64,000 nt of DNA, taken from the NCBI GenBank assembly GCA_964542895.1, contig CAZIWT010000003.1, forward strand, positions 4,733-68,732, read 5' to 3'. The translations under genes were made by a program, and so were the position numbers. How positions within the stretch are numbered: the stretch's first letter is position 1; each line of letters starts with the position of its first letter. The notes below the pieces were generated by a model. The model did no database searches. It saw only the letters and a list, made by a program, of their open reading frames with translations, and was not told where the DNA came from. Below, piece by piece: positions 27,136 through 37,003 of this stretch. Source of the DNA: an uncultured Thermodesulfobacteriota bacterium (GTDB lineage: Bacteria; Desulfobacterota; Zymogenia; Zymogenales; Zymogenaceae).

Positions 27136-28710
27136 GTGGCTAAGATTAAGACCGCGCTTTTAAGCGTATCCGACAAGAACGGATTGTTGGAATTTGCAGA
27201 GAAGCTCGCCTCGATGGGCGTCAAGTTCATCTCCACCGGCGGCACGGCAAAGCTTCTTTCCGACGGCGGACTCGATGTAACGGACATATCCGAGTACACC
27301 GGCTTTCCCGAGATGATGGACGGCAGGCTGAAGACGCTCCATCCGAAGGTCCACGGGGGGCTCCTCGCCATCAGGGACAACGACAAGCACATGGACAAGG
27401 TGGTGGAGCACGATATGACCTTGATCGACATGGTCGTCGTAAACCTCTACCAGTTCGAGAAGACGGTGGCTAATCCGGACGTGAAGATCGCCGACGCCAT
27501 CGAGAATATCGACATCGGCGGGCCCACGATGATTCGGGCCGCCGCCAAGAACCACAAGTACGTAACGGTGATAGAGGACCCGGCCGACTACGAAAGGGTG
27601 ATAGCCGAGATGGAGAAAAACGACGGCGTGGTATCCGAGGAGACCAACTTCGAGCTCGCCAAGAAGGTCTTCGTAAGGACCGCCGCCTACGACGGCGCCA
27701 TCTCCAACTACCTCACCTCGCTAAACGAGAACAACGAGAGGGTGCGATTCCCGGAGAGCCTGACGCTCCAGTTCAAGAAGGTACAGCCCATGAGGTACGG
27801 CGAAAACCCGCATCAACAGGCGACCTTCTACAAGGACAACGAGACCTATCCCGCCACCATCCCGTCGGCGGAGGTGCTCCAGGGAAAGGCGCTCTCCTAC
27901 AACAACATAATGGACACGGACGCGGCGATGGACGTGGTTCGGGAGTTCGACGACCCGGCGGCGGTCATCATCAAGCACGCAAATCCCTGCGGTGTTGCGG
28001 TGGGGGGAGCAAAACTCGTAGAGACATACAGGAAGGCGAGGGAAACCGACCCGATCTCGGCCTTTGGCGGAATCGTGGCATTGAACAGGGATGTGGATCA
28101 GGAGACGGCCGAAGCTCTGGTGGAGACCTTCCTCGAGGTTATCGTGGCGCCCGGCTTCTCCAAGGAGGCGAGAGACATTTTGGCCTCGAAGGAGAACCTG
28201 AGGCTCCTTGTCGTTCCGGCGGGAAAAGCGGGCGACGAGGACGGCTTCAACCTGAGGCGCGTCCACGGCGGCATCCTGGTGCAGGACTGGGACGCCATAG
28301 ACATGGGAGTCAGGGACGCTAAGGTGGCGACAAAGCGCGCCCCCACCGAAGACGAGTGGACGGCCCTGGAGCTCGCCTGGCGGGTTACGAAGCACGTCAA
28401 GTCCAACGCCATAGTCTTCGCCAGGGTCGACAACAAGGTGGGGCAGCTTGTGGGCGTGGGAGCCGGACAGATGAGCCGGGTCGACTCGGTAAATATCGCC
28501 AAGATGAAGGCACAGTTTCCCACAAAGGGCTGCGTGATGGGCTCCGACGCCTTTTTCCCGCAGCCGGACGGCATCGAGGCGGCGGCAGAAGCCGGAATAA
28601 CCGCCATCGTGCAGCCGGGGGGCAGCATCAAGGACGACGAGGCGATAAAGGTAGCGGATAAAAACGATATCGCAATGGTATTTACGGGAAGACGCCACTT
28701 CAGGCACTAA
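27136..28710 (+). CDS. purH: bifunctional AICAR transformylase / IMP cyclohydrolase PurH
   Basis: The N-terminal MGS-like domain (ALLSVSDKNGL...STGGTAK) and the AICARFT domain are conserved over the whole length. GTG start with AGGAGG 8 nt upstream. Confidence 0.9.
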   Translation: MAKIKTALLSVSDKNGLLEFAEKLASMGVKFISTGGTAKLLSDGGLDVTDISEYTGFPEMMDGRLKTLHPKVHGGLLAIRDNDKHMDKVVEHDMTLIDMVVVNLYQFEKTVANPDVKIADAIENIDIGGPTMIRAAAKNHKYVTVIEDPADYERVIAEMEKNDGVVSEETNFELAKKVFVRTAAYDGAISNYLTSLNENNERVRFPESLTLQFKKVQPMRYGENPHQQATFYKDNETYPATIPSAEVLQGKALSYNNIMDTDAAMDVVREFDDPAAVIIKHANPCGVAVGGAKLVETYRKARETDPISAFGGIVALNRDVDQETAEALVETFLEVIVAPGFSKEARDILASKENLRLLVVPAGKAGDEDGFNLRRVHGGILVQDWDAIDMGVRDAKVATKRAPTEDEWTALELAWRVTKHVKSNAIVFARVDNKVGQLVGVGAGQMSRVDSVNIAKMKAQFPTKGCVMGSDAFFPQPDGIEAAAEAGITAIVQPGGSIKDDEAIKVADKNDIAMVFTGRRHFRH

Positions 28711-28731
28711 CGACAAACAAGGTAAAGGACG

Positions 28732-30003
28732 ATGAAAGTTTTGATCGTGGGAGGAGGGGGGAGGGAGCACACCCTTGCGTGGAAGCTCGCCCAGGAAGAT
28801 GTGGTCACCAAGATTTTTGCCGCCCCCGGAAACGGAGGAACGTTAAAAATCGGAGAGAACGTCCCCCTGTCGGTGGATGACATCGAGGGACTCTCGGAAT
28901 TTGCATACGATGAGTGGATCGACCTTACGATCGTCGGGCCGGAGGCACCGCTGACCCTCGGAATAGTGGACCTCTTCAAAGAAAAGGGGCTTACGATTTT
29001 CGGACCCGACAAGGCGGCCGCCCAGATCGAGGGATCTAAGTCGTTTTCCAAAAACCTTATGAAGAAATACAACATCCCCACGGCGAGCTTCGAGGAGTTC
29101 ACTGACCCGTATGAGGCGAAAAAGTATATCAACAAGATAGGCGCACCCGTCGTGGTGAAGGCGGACGGTCTGGCCAGCGGCAAGGGCGTGATCATCGCAA
29201 GGGTCATAAAGGAGGCTCACGACGCCGTAGACCGAATCATGGTAAAGAAGGATTTCGGCGACGCGGGAGACAAGGTTGTGGTAGAGGAGTTTCTCACCGG
29301 CGAGGAGGCTTCCTTTCTGGCCTTTACCGACGGCGAGACGGTAATCCCCATGGCCTCTTCCCAGGATCACAAGCCTATATACGACAACGACGAAGGGCCG
29401 AACACCGGGGGGATGGGGGCATACTCCCCTGCCCCGGTGGTGACCAATGAGCTCTTCGACAAGATAATGAACGAAGTGATGATCCCCACGGTTAAGGGGA
29501 TGAAAGCGGAGGGGACGCCCTATACCGGCGTCCTCTACGCCGGGCTTATGATAAAAGATAACGAGCCGAAGGTGCTGGAGTTCAACGCCCGGTTCGGCGA
29601 CCCGGAGGCCCAGCCCCTCCTCCACAGGCTCAAGAGCGACCTCTCCCCCGTCCTCCTCGCCACGATAAATGGTACGCTGGACGGCGTTACCCTCGAGTGG
29701 GACGAGAGACCGTCGGTCTGCGTAGTGATGGCCTCCGGCGGCTACCCGGAAAAGTACCAGATAGGAAAGGAGATCTTCGGGATCGACATCGCAAACTATA
29801 TGAAGGACGTCGTGGTCTTCCACGCGGGAACCTCATACATCGGGAAACACCTCAACTCGAGCGGCGGGAGGGTCCTGGGGGTCACGGCGATGGGGGCGGA
29901 CCTTAAACACGCCATCGACCGCGTCTACGAGGCGGTCCATAAGATCGACTTCTTCGAGGCCCACTACAGGACGGACATAGGGGCGAAGGGGCTGAAATAT
30001 TGA
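28732..30003 (+). CDS. purD: phosphoribosylamine--glycine ligase PurD
   Basis: MKVLIVGGGGREHTLAWKLAQ, the ATP-grasp motifs, and the PurD C-terminal domain. Confidence 0.9.
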   Translation: MKVLIVGGGGREHTLAWKLAQEDVVTKIFAAPGNGGTLKIGENVPLSVDDIEGLSEFAYDEWIDLTIVGPEAPLTLGIVDLFKEKGLTIFGPDKAAAQIEGSKSFSKNLMKKYNIPTASFEEFTDPYEAKKYINKIGAPVVVKADGLASGKGVIIARVIKEAHDAVDRIMVKKDFGDAGDKVVVEEFLTGEEASFLAFTDGETVIPMASSQDHKPIYDNDEGPNTGGMGAYSPAPVVTNELFDKIMNEVMIPTVKGMKAEGTPYTGVLYAGLMIKDNEPKVLEFNARFGDPEAQPLLHRLKSDLSPVLLATINGTLDGVTLEWDERPSVCVVMASGGYPEKYQIGKEIFGIDIANYMKDVVVFHAGTSYIGKHLNSSGGRVLGVTAMGADLKHAIDRVYEAVHKIDFFEAHYRTDIGAKGLKY

Positions 30004-30006
30004 AAT

Positions 30007-30522
30007 ATGTCTAAAAGGTCTAATATGTCTAAGAGCGTCTTGATAGTCATGGGGAGCAAGTCCGACATGGAAGTCATGGATGAGGCCGCGAAGATCCTGA
30101 GCTCCCTCGAAATTCCGAACAGGGTACGGATAGCCTCCGCCCACAGGACGCCTGAGGTTGTAAGCGAAATAGCTAAAGGGGCGAGGGATGAAGACGTCGC
30201 CGTCATAATAGCCGGGGCGGGCTACGCCGCCCACCTGGCCGGCGTCATCGCATCCACCACGACCCTTCCCGTAATCGGGGTGCCCATCGCCTCGTCCGAT
30301 CTCAACGGGATCGACGCCCTCCTCTCCACGGTGCAGATGCCCCCGGGTATCCCCGTGGCGACGGTGGGAATCGGCGGCGCCGGTGCGAAAAACGCCGCGC
30401 TCCTGGCGGCTGAGATCCTGGCCGTGTCGGACGAAGAGATCGCAAAGAGGCTCGAAGAATACAGAAACGAGATGAGGTTGAAGGTTATCGAGGCGGATAG
30501 TGAAATTGGGGAGCTCGGTTGA
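30007..30522 (+). CDS. purE: N5-carboxyaminoimidazole ribonucleotide mutase PurE
   Basis: VLIVMGSKSDMEVM ... ASAHRTPE ... IAGAGYAAHLAGV are PurE hallmarks. Confidence 0.85.
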   Translation: MSKRSNMSKSVLIVMGSKSDMEVMDEAAKILSSLEIPNRVRIASAHRTPEVVSEIAKGARDEDVAVIIAGAGYAAHLAGVIASTTTLPVIGVPIASSDLNGIDALLSTVQMPPGIPVATVGIGGAGAKNAALLAAEILAVSDEEIAKRLEEYRNEMRLKVIEADSEIGELG

Positions 30523-30734
30523 TCTCTTGACTTGGTGGGAGTCGTTTCATTTTGGAAAGGCGACAGCGCTTGGCGGTTCAACTCCCCTGTCATTCAATGG
30601 GAAAATATTTTTTTAGGACAACGGTCCAATCTCATCATATTTGAAAATAAACATCATTTTGCAACTCTGCCCTGCGAAGATAGAGAACCATAAATGAAGT
30701 GAGAAATAAACCTATTTTTAATCTGGAGTATAAT

Positions 30735-31448
30735 ATGAAATATGTCAAACTAACTGTGATTCTTCTCCTGATGGGTACCTTTGCCCTAGCGCCCGTTGTG
30801 GCTGGCGCCCAGAGTGACTCGGCAAAAGAATGGTATAACATGGGAGTCCGCGAAAAAGATCCAAATAAGGCCATTGAGTATTATACCAAGGCAATAAATG
30901 TCTATCCGAATTATGTCAAGGCTTATAATAATAGAGGAAGTATCTATGATGAATTTAAAAAACACAATGAGGCTATAGCTGATTTCAACAAAGCTATAAG
31001 CATCGACCCAAATTTCGCAATTGCCTACTACAACAGGGGAATCACATATAGAAATCTAAAAAGATATGACGATGCAATTACGGACTTCACAATGGCAATA
31101 AGCATAGACCCAAAATATGCCGAAGCCTATAATAATAGAGGTATTATATACGGAATGTTTAAAAGATACGACGAAGCAATTGTAGATTTTAACAAAGCCA
31201 TAAGCATCGAGCCGAATTATGCCGATGCATACTACAACAGGGGTTTTGCATTCGGGAGGCTTAATAAACACTACGATGCGATAGCTGATATCAGCAAGGC
31301 CATAAGTATAAATCAAGAACAACCATTTTACTATTTCATCCGTGGGTTGAGCTACAAGGCCGTGGGCGAAAATGAGAAGGCCCTTAGTGACTTCGAGAAA
31401 GCTTGTAATGTTGGGTTAGATCCTGCATGCGCTGAGCTGAAGAAGTAA
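30735..31448 (+). CDS. secreted TPR-repeat protein (paralog 1, AT-rich codon usage)
   Basis: Signal peptide MKYVKLTVILLLMGTFALAPVVAGAQ followed by six or more 34-aa TPR units (AYNNRG / AYYNRG repeats). The C-terminus is ACAELKK. GC3 is much lower than in the neighbouring genes. Confidence 0.75.
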   Translation: MKYVKLTVILLLMGTFALAPVVAGAQSDSAKEWYNMGVREKDPNKAIEYYTKAINVYPNYVKAYNNRGSIYDEFKKHNEAIADFNKAISIDPNFAIAYYNRGITYRNLKRYDDAITDFTMAISIDPKYAEAYNNRGIIYGMFKRYDEAIVDFNKAISIEPNYADAYYNRGFAFGRLNKHYDAIADISKAISINQEQPFYYFIRGLSYKAVGENEKALSDFEKACNVGLDPACAELKK

Positions 31449-31511
31449 CAAAGTTAATCCCCTGTATCATAGCAATGACTAATTTTTAAGCGACAAAGCA
31501 ATCTCACTATA

Positions 31512-32123
31512 ATGAAAAATATCAGATTAACCGTGATTCTCCTGATGGGTGCCCTTCTCCTGACTCCCGTTTTCGCGGGTGCCCAGAGTGCCCACGACTG
31601 GGTCGAAAAGGGACTCGAGTATGGGAAAGCGGGTAAAATAGAAGAGGCGATCGATGCCTTCGACAAGGCCATAGAGATCGACCCGAACTACGCCTGGGCC
31701 TACAACGCCAGGGGGTTTGCCTACGGCGATCTGAAAAGATACGAAGATGCGGCGGCCGACTTCACAAGGGCGATAACCATCGAACCGAACTTCGCCAACG
31801 CCTACTACAACAGGGGAAACGCGTACAGCGACCTGAAGAGATTCGACGAGGCGATAGAGGACTACACTACGGCGATAAAGATCGCCCCAAGATACGCCAA
31901 GGCATACTACGCCAGGGGCAGCACATACGGCTCCCTGGGGAGGTACAAGGAGGCGGCGGACGACTTCACCAGGGCGATTGACATCTACCCGGATCTTGTC
32001 CCGGCCTACTACGCCAGGGGGATGGCCTTCAAGGCTATGGGAAATGTGGACAGGGCCAGGGCCGACTTCAGAAAAGCCTGCACCGGCGGGATCGAAGATG
32101 CCTGCGAGGAGCTGAAGAAGTAG
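31512..32123 (+). CDS. secreted TPR-repeat protein (paralog 2, host-like GC-rich codon usage)
   Basis: Signal peptide MKNIRLTVILLMGALLLTPVFAGAQ. TPR units with AYNARG / AYYNRG / AYYARG motifs. The C-terminus ACEELKK is a clear paralog of the upstream gene. Confidence 0.75.
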   Translation: MKNIRLTVILLMGALLLTPVFAGAQSAHDWVEKGLEYGKAGKIEEAIDAFDKAIEIDPNYAWAYNARGFAYGDLKRYEDAAADFTRAITIEPNFANAYYNRGNAYSDLKRFDEAIEDYTTAIKIAPRYAKAYYARGSTYGSLGRYKEAADDFTRAIDIYPDLVPAYYARGMAFKAMGNVDRARADFRKACTGGIEDACEELKK

Positions 32124-32327
32124 TGAGGGTTAAGTTAGCTGTCATTGCGTGGATACATTTATTATTTGGGGCGATGAAAAAACGGTGAATTCAACTCGTA
32201 ATTGCGAGGAATATCTAATTTAAAAGGCCTTTCTTTTAAAGGTGAGCGACGAAGCAACCGGGTTTTTTTACAACCAAAGGCCAATTACACCAATTGCAGC
32301 GCTTTGTTAAAAAAAACAACAGAGACA

Positions 32328-32798
32328 ATGAGCGAATTTAGAGGCGAAAATATAGAGAATACCGACCGGAACCAACCATTCAATGGAACCGCAAAGCTTG
32401 GAAAACGCGTGAAAGGCGTCCTATTCATTTCGACTATAGTCTTTATTGCCTCGCTTTTCGGTATCGTCGTCTCCCACGCCCAGAAGACGGTGGACCAGGG
32501 GCCGGAGGTCATAACACTAAAGGACTACGCCGTGACCGAGGAGGCGGTGAACTTCACCCATAAAAACCACGGGAAGACCGGTGAGGTCGGCGCCGACTGC
32601 CTCACCTGTCACCACAAGTCAAACAGGCTCGTCACCCCCGGCAAGTGCTCCGAGTGCCACAAGATCAAAGAGGAGGAAGAAGTTTTGAGCCACCACCAGG
32701 CCTTCCACATGCTCTGCATCGGGTGCCACAAGAAGGAGATCATCGCCGGAAATGAAGTGGTAAATCTCACCTGCGACTCTTGCCATGTCCCGAAATAA
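32328..32798 (+). CDS. tetraheme c-type cytochrome (cytochrome c3-like)
   Basis: Four CxxCH heme-binding motifs (CLTCHH, CSECHK, CIGCHK, CDSCHV) within about 110 residues, after a signal-anchor-like segment. The start is uncertain: ATG at 32328, or GTG at 32409, which would give a clean signal peptide MKGVLFISTIVFIASLFGIVVSHA. Confidence 0.7.
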   Translation: MSEFRGENIENTDRNQPFNGTAKLGKRVKGVLFISTIVFIASLFGIVVSHAQKTVDQGPEVITLKDYAVTEEAVNFTHKNHGKTGEVGADCLTCHHKSNRLVTPGKCSECHKIKEEEEVLSHHQAFHMLCIGCHKKEIIAGNEVVNLTCDSCHVPK

Positions 32799-34173
32799 CA
32801 GCAAAAACGAAAAATCGACAAAAAAACCCTCCGGTAAAACGGTATTCGCGGAGGTAATCGACTATCTCTCATCCCTGAGGTTTACGGTCGTAATCCTGAC
32901 GACCATAGTGATAGTGGCAGGTCTCGGCACCCTCGTGGGGCAGAACCTTTCGGAGGCTTCCTACATCGGGCGCTACGGCGCCAGGCTCTACTCGATATTG
33001 AAGCTCTTTTCCATCACCGACATATACCACAGCATCTACTTCAACGCCCTTCTGGCCCTCTTTGTCACAAACCTCACTCTCTGTACATTTAAATTCGCCC
33101 CGGCGAGGATCAGGGGGGCCCTGTCTAGGGATATAAAGAGGAGGAGTTACCCCCACTCCGAGAAAATCGGGGCGAAGGTCCCGACAGAGGAATGCGTTTG
33201 CCGGACAAAAAAGATGCTGTCCCCCCCCACCCTTAAGCCTTTTTACCACGTGGTCACGAAAAGGGACGGCAAAAAGATCGAGCTCTTCTCGGAGCCGCAC
33301 CCTATCCTCTCGCTGGGCGCGCTCGTCGTCCACGTAAGCATAATACTTATCATCGTCGGCGGGCTCGTATCCTCCGTCCTCGGCTTTTCCGGGGAGATGA
33401 TAATCTTCGAGGGGAGCTCATCCAACGAGATGTTCGTGAGATCGGGATTTGTCTACAGGCTCGACTTTGACGTGAGCCTTGAGAAGTTCACGTTAGAAAC
33501 CTACAGGGACGGAACGCCCAAGGAATACAGAAGCGACATAAGACTAAAAAAAGGCGGCCGCGAGGTCGACGCCGCATTGACCGTCAATCACCCCGCTAAA
33601 TTCGACGGCATCAGATTTTACCAGTCGAACTTCGGAAGCGCCCTCGAAGATACCGTGATCTCCATCTACGACAAGGGCGGGAAACGGGTATTCAAGGGGA
33701 AGATCCCCTACATGGTGTCCCTTCCGATCGAAGACCTCGGCATCACCGTCACCCTTGTGGAGTTTTACGACAACTACGAAAACCGCGGCCCCGCGGCCCA
33801 CATCATCGTCGTCGAGGGGGAAAAGATGTACGCGGTATGGGCGAACACCGACCCCGCGGAGCTTGCCGGCCCGGCGGGCAGGGGAAAGGACGGGCTCCTC
33901 TTCGTCCTTGAGAGCTACGATACCGTCCCCTACTCCGGCATATCGGTGAACTACGAGCCGGGGCTTCCCCTCGTGTGGATCGGCTTCATCCTCCTCTCGG
34001 TCGGCTTTACCTTTCCCCTCATATCCATCTCGGGGAGGTACAAGGTCGTAATAGATGGGGGAGACGAAAAAGGACCTTTCGTCGAGGTCTTCGGCTCGCC
34101 GGGGAGGATAAAGGGGGACTTCCAGGGGAGGTTCGCTAAGCTGGTAAAAAGAATCGAGGAAAATCTATGTTGA
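32785..34173 (+). CDS. resB: cytochrome c biogenesis protein ResB/Ccs1 (system II)
   Basis: 462 aa. N-terminal TM helices, a large periplasmic domain and a C-terminal TM, which is the ResB-family topology. The start overlaps the cytochrome gene's stop. Confidence 0.75.
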   Translation: MSRNNSKNEKSTKKPSGKTVFAEVIDYLSSLRFTVVILTTIVIVAGLGTLVGQNLSEASYIGRYGARLYSILKLFSITDIYHSIYFNALLALFVTNLTLCTFKFAPARIRGALSRDIKRRSYPHSEKIGAKVPTEECVCRTKKMLSPPTLKPFYHVVTKRDGKKIELFSEPHPILSLGALVVHVSIILIIVGGLVSSVLGFSGEMIIFEGSSSNEMFVRSGFVYRLDFDVSLEKFTLETYRDGTPKEYRSDIRLKKGGREVDAALTVNHPAKFDGIRFYQSNFGSALEDTVISIYDKGGKRVFKGKIPYMVSLPIEDLGITVTLVEFYDNYENRGPAAHIIVVEGEKMYAVWANTDPAELAGPAGRGKDGLLFVLESYDTVPYSGISVNYEPGLPLVWIGFILLSVGFTFPLISISGRYKVVIDGGDEKGPFVEVFGSPGRIKGDFQGRFAKLVKRIEENLC

Positions 34174-34985
34174 GCTCCGATATTCTGAGTGTGGTGACCT
34201 TCGTCTACGGTCTCGCCTTTCTCCTGTTTATCCTCCATCTCCTGTTTAAGAGGGACGCCCTCAGCGTCGCCGGGGATGTCGTCGTGTCGGCGGGGTGCAT
34301 CGCCCACGGGGCGGCGCTGATACTCCGCTGGATCGAGTCGTACAGGCTCGGCTGGGGCCACGTGCCGATGAGCAATCTCTACGAATCCCTCATTTTTTTC
34401 TCGTTCCTCTTGGCCGTGGTCTACCTCGTCTTTCGCTTTGCAACCAACAGGAAGTCCTTCGGGGCCTTCATGATTCCCCTTCCCCTTCTGGCCCTGGGCT
34501 ACGCCTCCCTCTCTCCCGACGTGGAGCGCGCCATAAGGCCCCTCGTTCCGGCCCTCCAGAGCAACTGGCTTACGATCCACGTCCTGACCTGCTTTATTGC
34601 CTACGCGGCGTTCGCCTTCTCGTTTGTAGTGGCGGTCTTATTTCTTATCAACAAGGAGGGGAAAAAGAGCGTCCTCCCCTCTCCGGAGGTCCTCGACGAG
34701 TTCGTCTACCGGGGGATCATGGCGGGGATGCCGCTTTTGACGCTTGGTATAATCACCGGCTCCGCCTGGGCCCACTACGCCTGGGGCTCGTACTGGTCGT
34801 GGGACCCGAAGGAGACCTGGTCTCTTATAACGTGGATAATCTACGCCCTCTTCCTCCACCTTAGACTCATGGGGAGGTGGCGGGGGACAAAGAGCGCCCT
34901 CCTCTCCATGGTTGGATTTTTCGCGGTGATATTCACGTTTCTGGGGGTGAACTACATCCTCTCCGGCCTCCACTCGTATCTGTAG
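34167..34985 (+). CDS. ccsA: cytochrome c-type biogenesis protein CcsA (system II heme lyase)
   Basis: Polytopic membrane protein with the Trp-rich WGSYWSWDPKETW (WWD) motif and conserved His residues. Overlaps the resB stop by 7 nt. Confidence 0.85.
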   Translation: MLSSDILSVVTFVYGLAFLLFILHLLFKRDALSVAGDVVVSAGCIAHGAALILRWIESYRLGWGHVPMSNLYESLIFFSFLLAVVYLVFRFATNRKSFGAFMIPLPLLALGYASLSPDVERAIRPLVPALQSNWLTIHVLTCFIAYAAFAFSFVVAVLFLINKEGKKSVLPSPEVLDEFVYRGIMAGMPLLTLGIITGSAWAHYAWGSYWSWDPKETWSLITWIIYALFLHLRLMGRWRGTKSALLSMVGFFAVIFTFLGVNYILSGLHSYL

Positions 34986-35180
34986 CGGTCGGTCGACCAA
35001 AAATACCTACTGCCGAAAAGGGCCGACAGATTGTCAACGAGCGGGCCGCCGTTATATTCCCTTCAAAGAGATCATCCGCAAAAGCCCACGTTTACGGTTG
35101 ACATGCCTTGATCTAAAATGGTATCTATAAAGGTATCTATAAAAATGTTTATAAAAAACGGTCGATAGGGGGAATGCCGT

Positions 35181-35942
35181 ATGTCAAAAACCGTAAAGGA
35201 GCTGTTGAAGAAGCCGCCCCTGGCCGTCGCCCACAGGGGCGATCCCCTCGCAAAGCCCCAGAACACGAAGGGGGCCTTTCTCTCCGCCATGGAATACGAC
35301 ATCGACATGATAGAGACCGACATCAACATGACAAAGGACGGGGTGCTCGTCGTCGTTCACGACCAGAAGGTGGACAACGTCAGCGACGGAAAGGGGTGGG
35401 TGGTTAACTTCACCCTGGATGAACTGAAGAAGCTCGACTTCGGCTCGTGGATGGGGCCGGGGATGGGCCCGGAGAGGATCTTGACCTTAGAGGAGTTTAT
35501 CGAGCTGACGAGGGACGGTGTTAACGGACTCAACATCGAGATAAAGAGCGGCCCGATAAAATACGACGGGATCTGCGAAAAATTGGTCTCGATACTCGAA
35601 GACCGCGACATGATAGACCGGGTCATAATCTCCTCCTTCGACCACCCGCTCTTGAAAAGCCTCAAGGAGATGAAGGCTGATATCCTGACCGCGATTCTCT
35701 ACAACGCGGGGCTGATCGACCATATCACTCCGGCAAAGAGCGCGATGGCCGACGGCATCCACCCGGAGCACGCCCAGGTTACGGCGGACACGATCAAGGC
35801 CGCCGGGGATGCGGGGCTTTTCATCAACGTCTGGACGGTGGACGACGAGGAAGACATGAAGAGGATGATCGATCTCGGAGTTACGGGGATCATCTCGAAC
35901 TTCCCGTCCAAGCTGTGCGGGCTTATCAAGGGTGGAAAGTAG
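35181..35942 (+). CDS. glycerophosphodiester phosphodiesterase (GDPD family)
   Basis: VAHRG...ENT (HR(G) catalytic motif) followed by E-x-D-x-x-x-T-K-D-G (IETDINMTKDGVLVVVHD), a GDPD hallmark. Confidence 0.85.
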   Translation: MSKTVKELLKKPPLAVAHRGDPLAKPQNTKGAFLSAMEYDIDMIETDINMTKDGVLVVVHDQKVDNVSDGKGWVVNFTLDELKKLDFGSWMGPGMGPERILTLEEFIELTRDGVNGLNIEIKSGPIKYDGICEKLVSILEDRDMIDRVIISSFDHPLLKSLKEMKADILTAILYNAGLIDHITPAKSAMADGIHPEHAQVTADTIKAAGDAGLFINVWTVDDEEDMKRMIDLGVTGIISNFPSKLCGLIKGGK

Positions 35943-36377
35943 CCTCTTGGTCAAGTGATCCGCCCTCGGTCGGGCCGGATCTCGACGTCCACACCGATGG
36001 TACATCTATTGGGCTAATGGGCTATTGGGCTAATGGGGCGAGGTCCCAATTTTTGAGGCGGTCGGATCGTGGAGGCTCAGTCGATAGCTATTCCACGCAC
36101 GGCAAACTTCAACTAATATGTTTCGCTTCCACTTTCGATTTGAAATGTGGTTAGGTGACGTTTTTAAAACCGTTGGCCGGAGATAAGCGCAACAAATATC
36201 AAGGGATTTAAATATCCCCCCTCCCCTCCCCCCGAAGAAATTCGATCCATACCCCTGCAGCATTATACACCATTTTTAAGTCATGCCCACAGGCGGCATC
36301 TCAATATTTGATTTTTGACCCCGACAGCCGGCCGCACCGTCTCAAGCCGATAATTACAAATTATGCCGACTCCCGGC

Positions 36378-36971
36378 CTACAGGTACCTCCTCACCTGCT
36401 TTTTATATTCGAGGTATCGCTCGCCGTATTCATTCTCCAAAAATTTCTCCTCCTGGATGATCTGAAAGTGACTGCCCAAGATGACGAAAACGGCCGAAAC
36501 GGCGAAAAAGATCGTAGGGTATATCAGAAACGTCCCAAAAAAGAAGAGGTCGAGGAAGAGGAAGATGGGGTTCCTCGTAAGCGAGAAAACACCTTTAGTC
36601 ACCAGCTCGTCCGGTCCCTTCGTATCTATCCCCAACCTCCAGGAGCGGCCGAAGGAGAAAATGGCTGAGACAAATATGATTAACCCGGCGACTTCCAGGA
36701 TTACTCCTGAAATCCTTAAATGTATTATAGAGAAAAGGAGCGGGTCCCTGAAGAGGTGATACTTGAGCCCCAGGCAGATGGACAACGCCTCAAACGTCCA
36801 GATGACAAACCCGATCAGGAGGAAGATCTCGAAAAGGGCCTTAAATCCCCTCTTGCCGGAGCCGAGGACGATCGGGTTGGTTCCGGAGAGGGTCATCTGG
36901 ATAATCCTGCCGATAAAAATGAAATAGAATATCGACATATTAATCAACTGGAAGCGGTCAAAAAAGTCCAT
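36378..36971 (-). CDS. isoprenylcysteine carboxyl methyltransferase (ICMT) family membrane methyltransferase
   Basis: 4-5 TM helices plus the C-terminal ICMT/phospholipid-methyltransferase motifs (RNPIFLF ... EEKFLENEYGERYLEYKKQVRRYL). AAGGGAAGGG RBS. Confidence 0.7.
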   Translation of the reverse strand: MDFFDRFQLINMSIFYFIFIGRIIQMTLSGTNPIVLGSGKRGFKALFEIFLLIGFVIWTFEALSICLGLKYHLFRDPLLFSIIHLRISGVILEVAGLIIFVSAIFSFGRSWRLGIDTKGPDELVTKGVFSLTRNPIFLFLDLFFFGTFLIYPTIFFAVSAVFVILGSHFQIIQEEKFLENEYGERYLEYKKQVRRYL

Positions 36972-37003
36972 TCGCCCTTCCCTTAATAAATCTGCTTTAA
37001 ACC

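Noticed and set aside
27721-29823. Long minus-strand ORFs (27721-28770, 28843-29823)
   Set aside because: Antisense to purH and purD, which are unambiguous.
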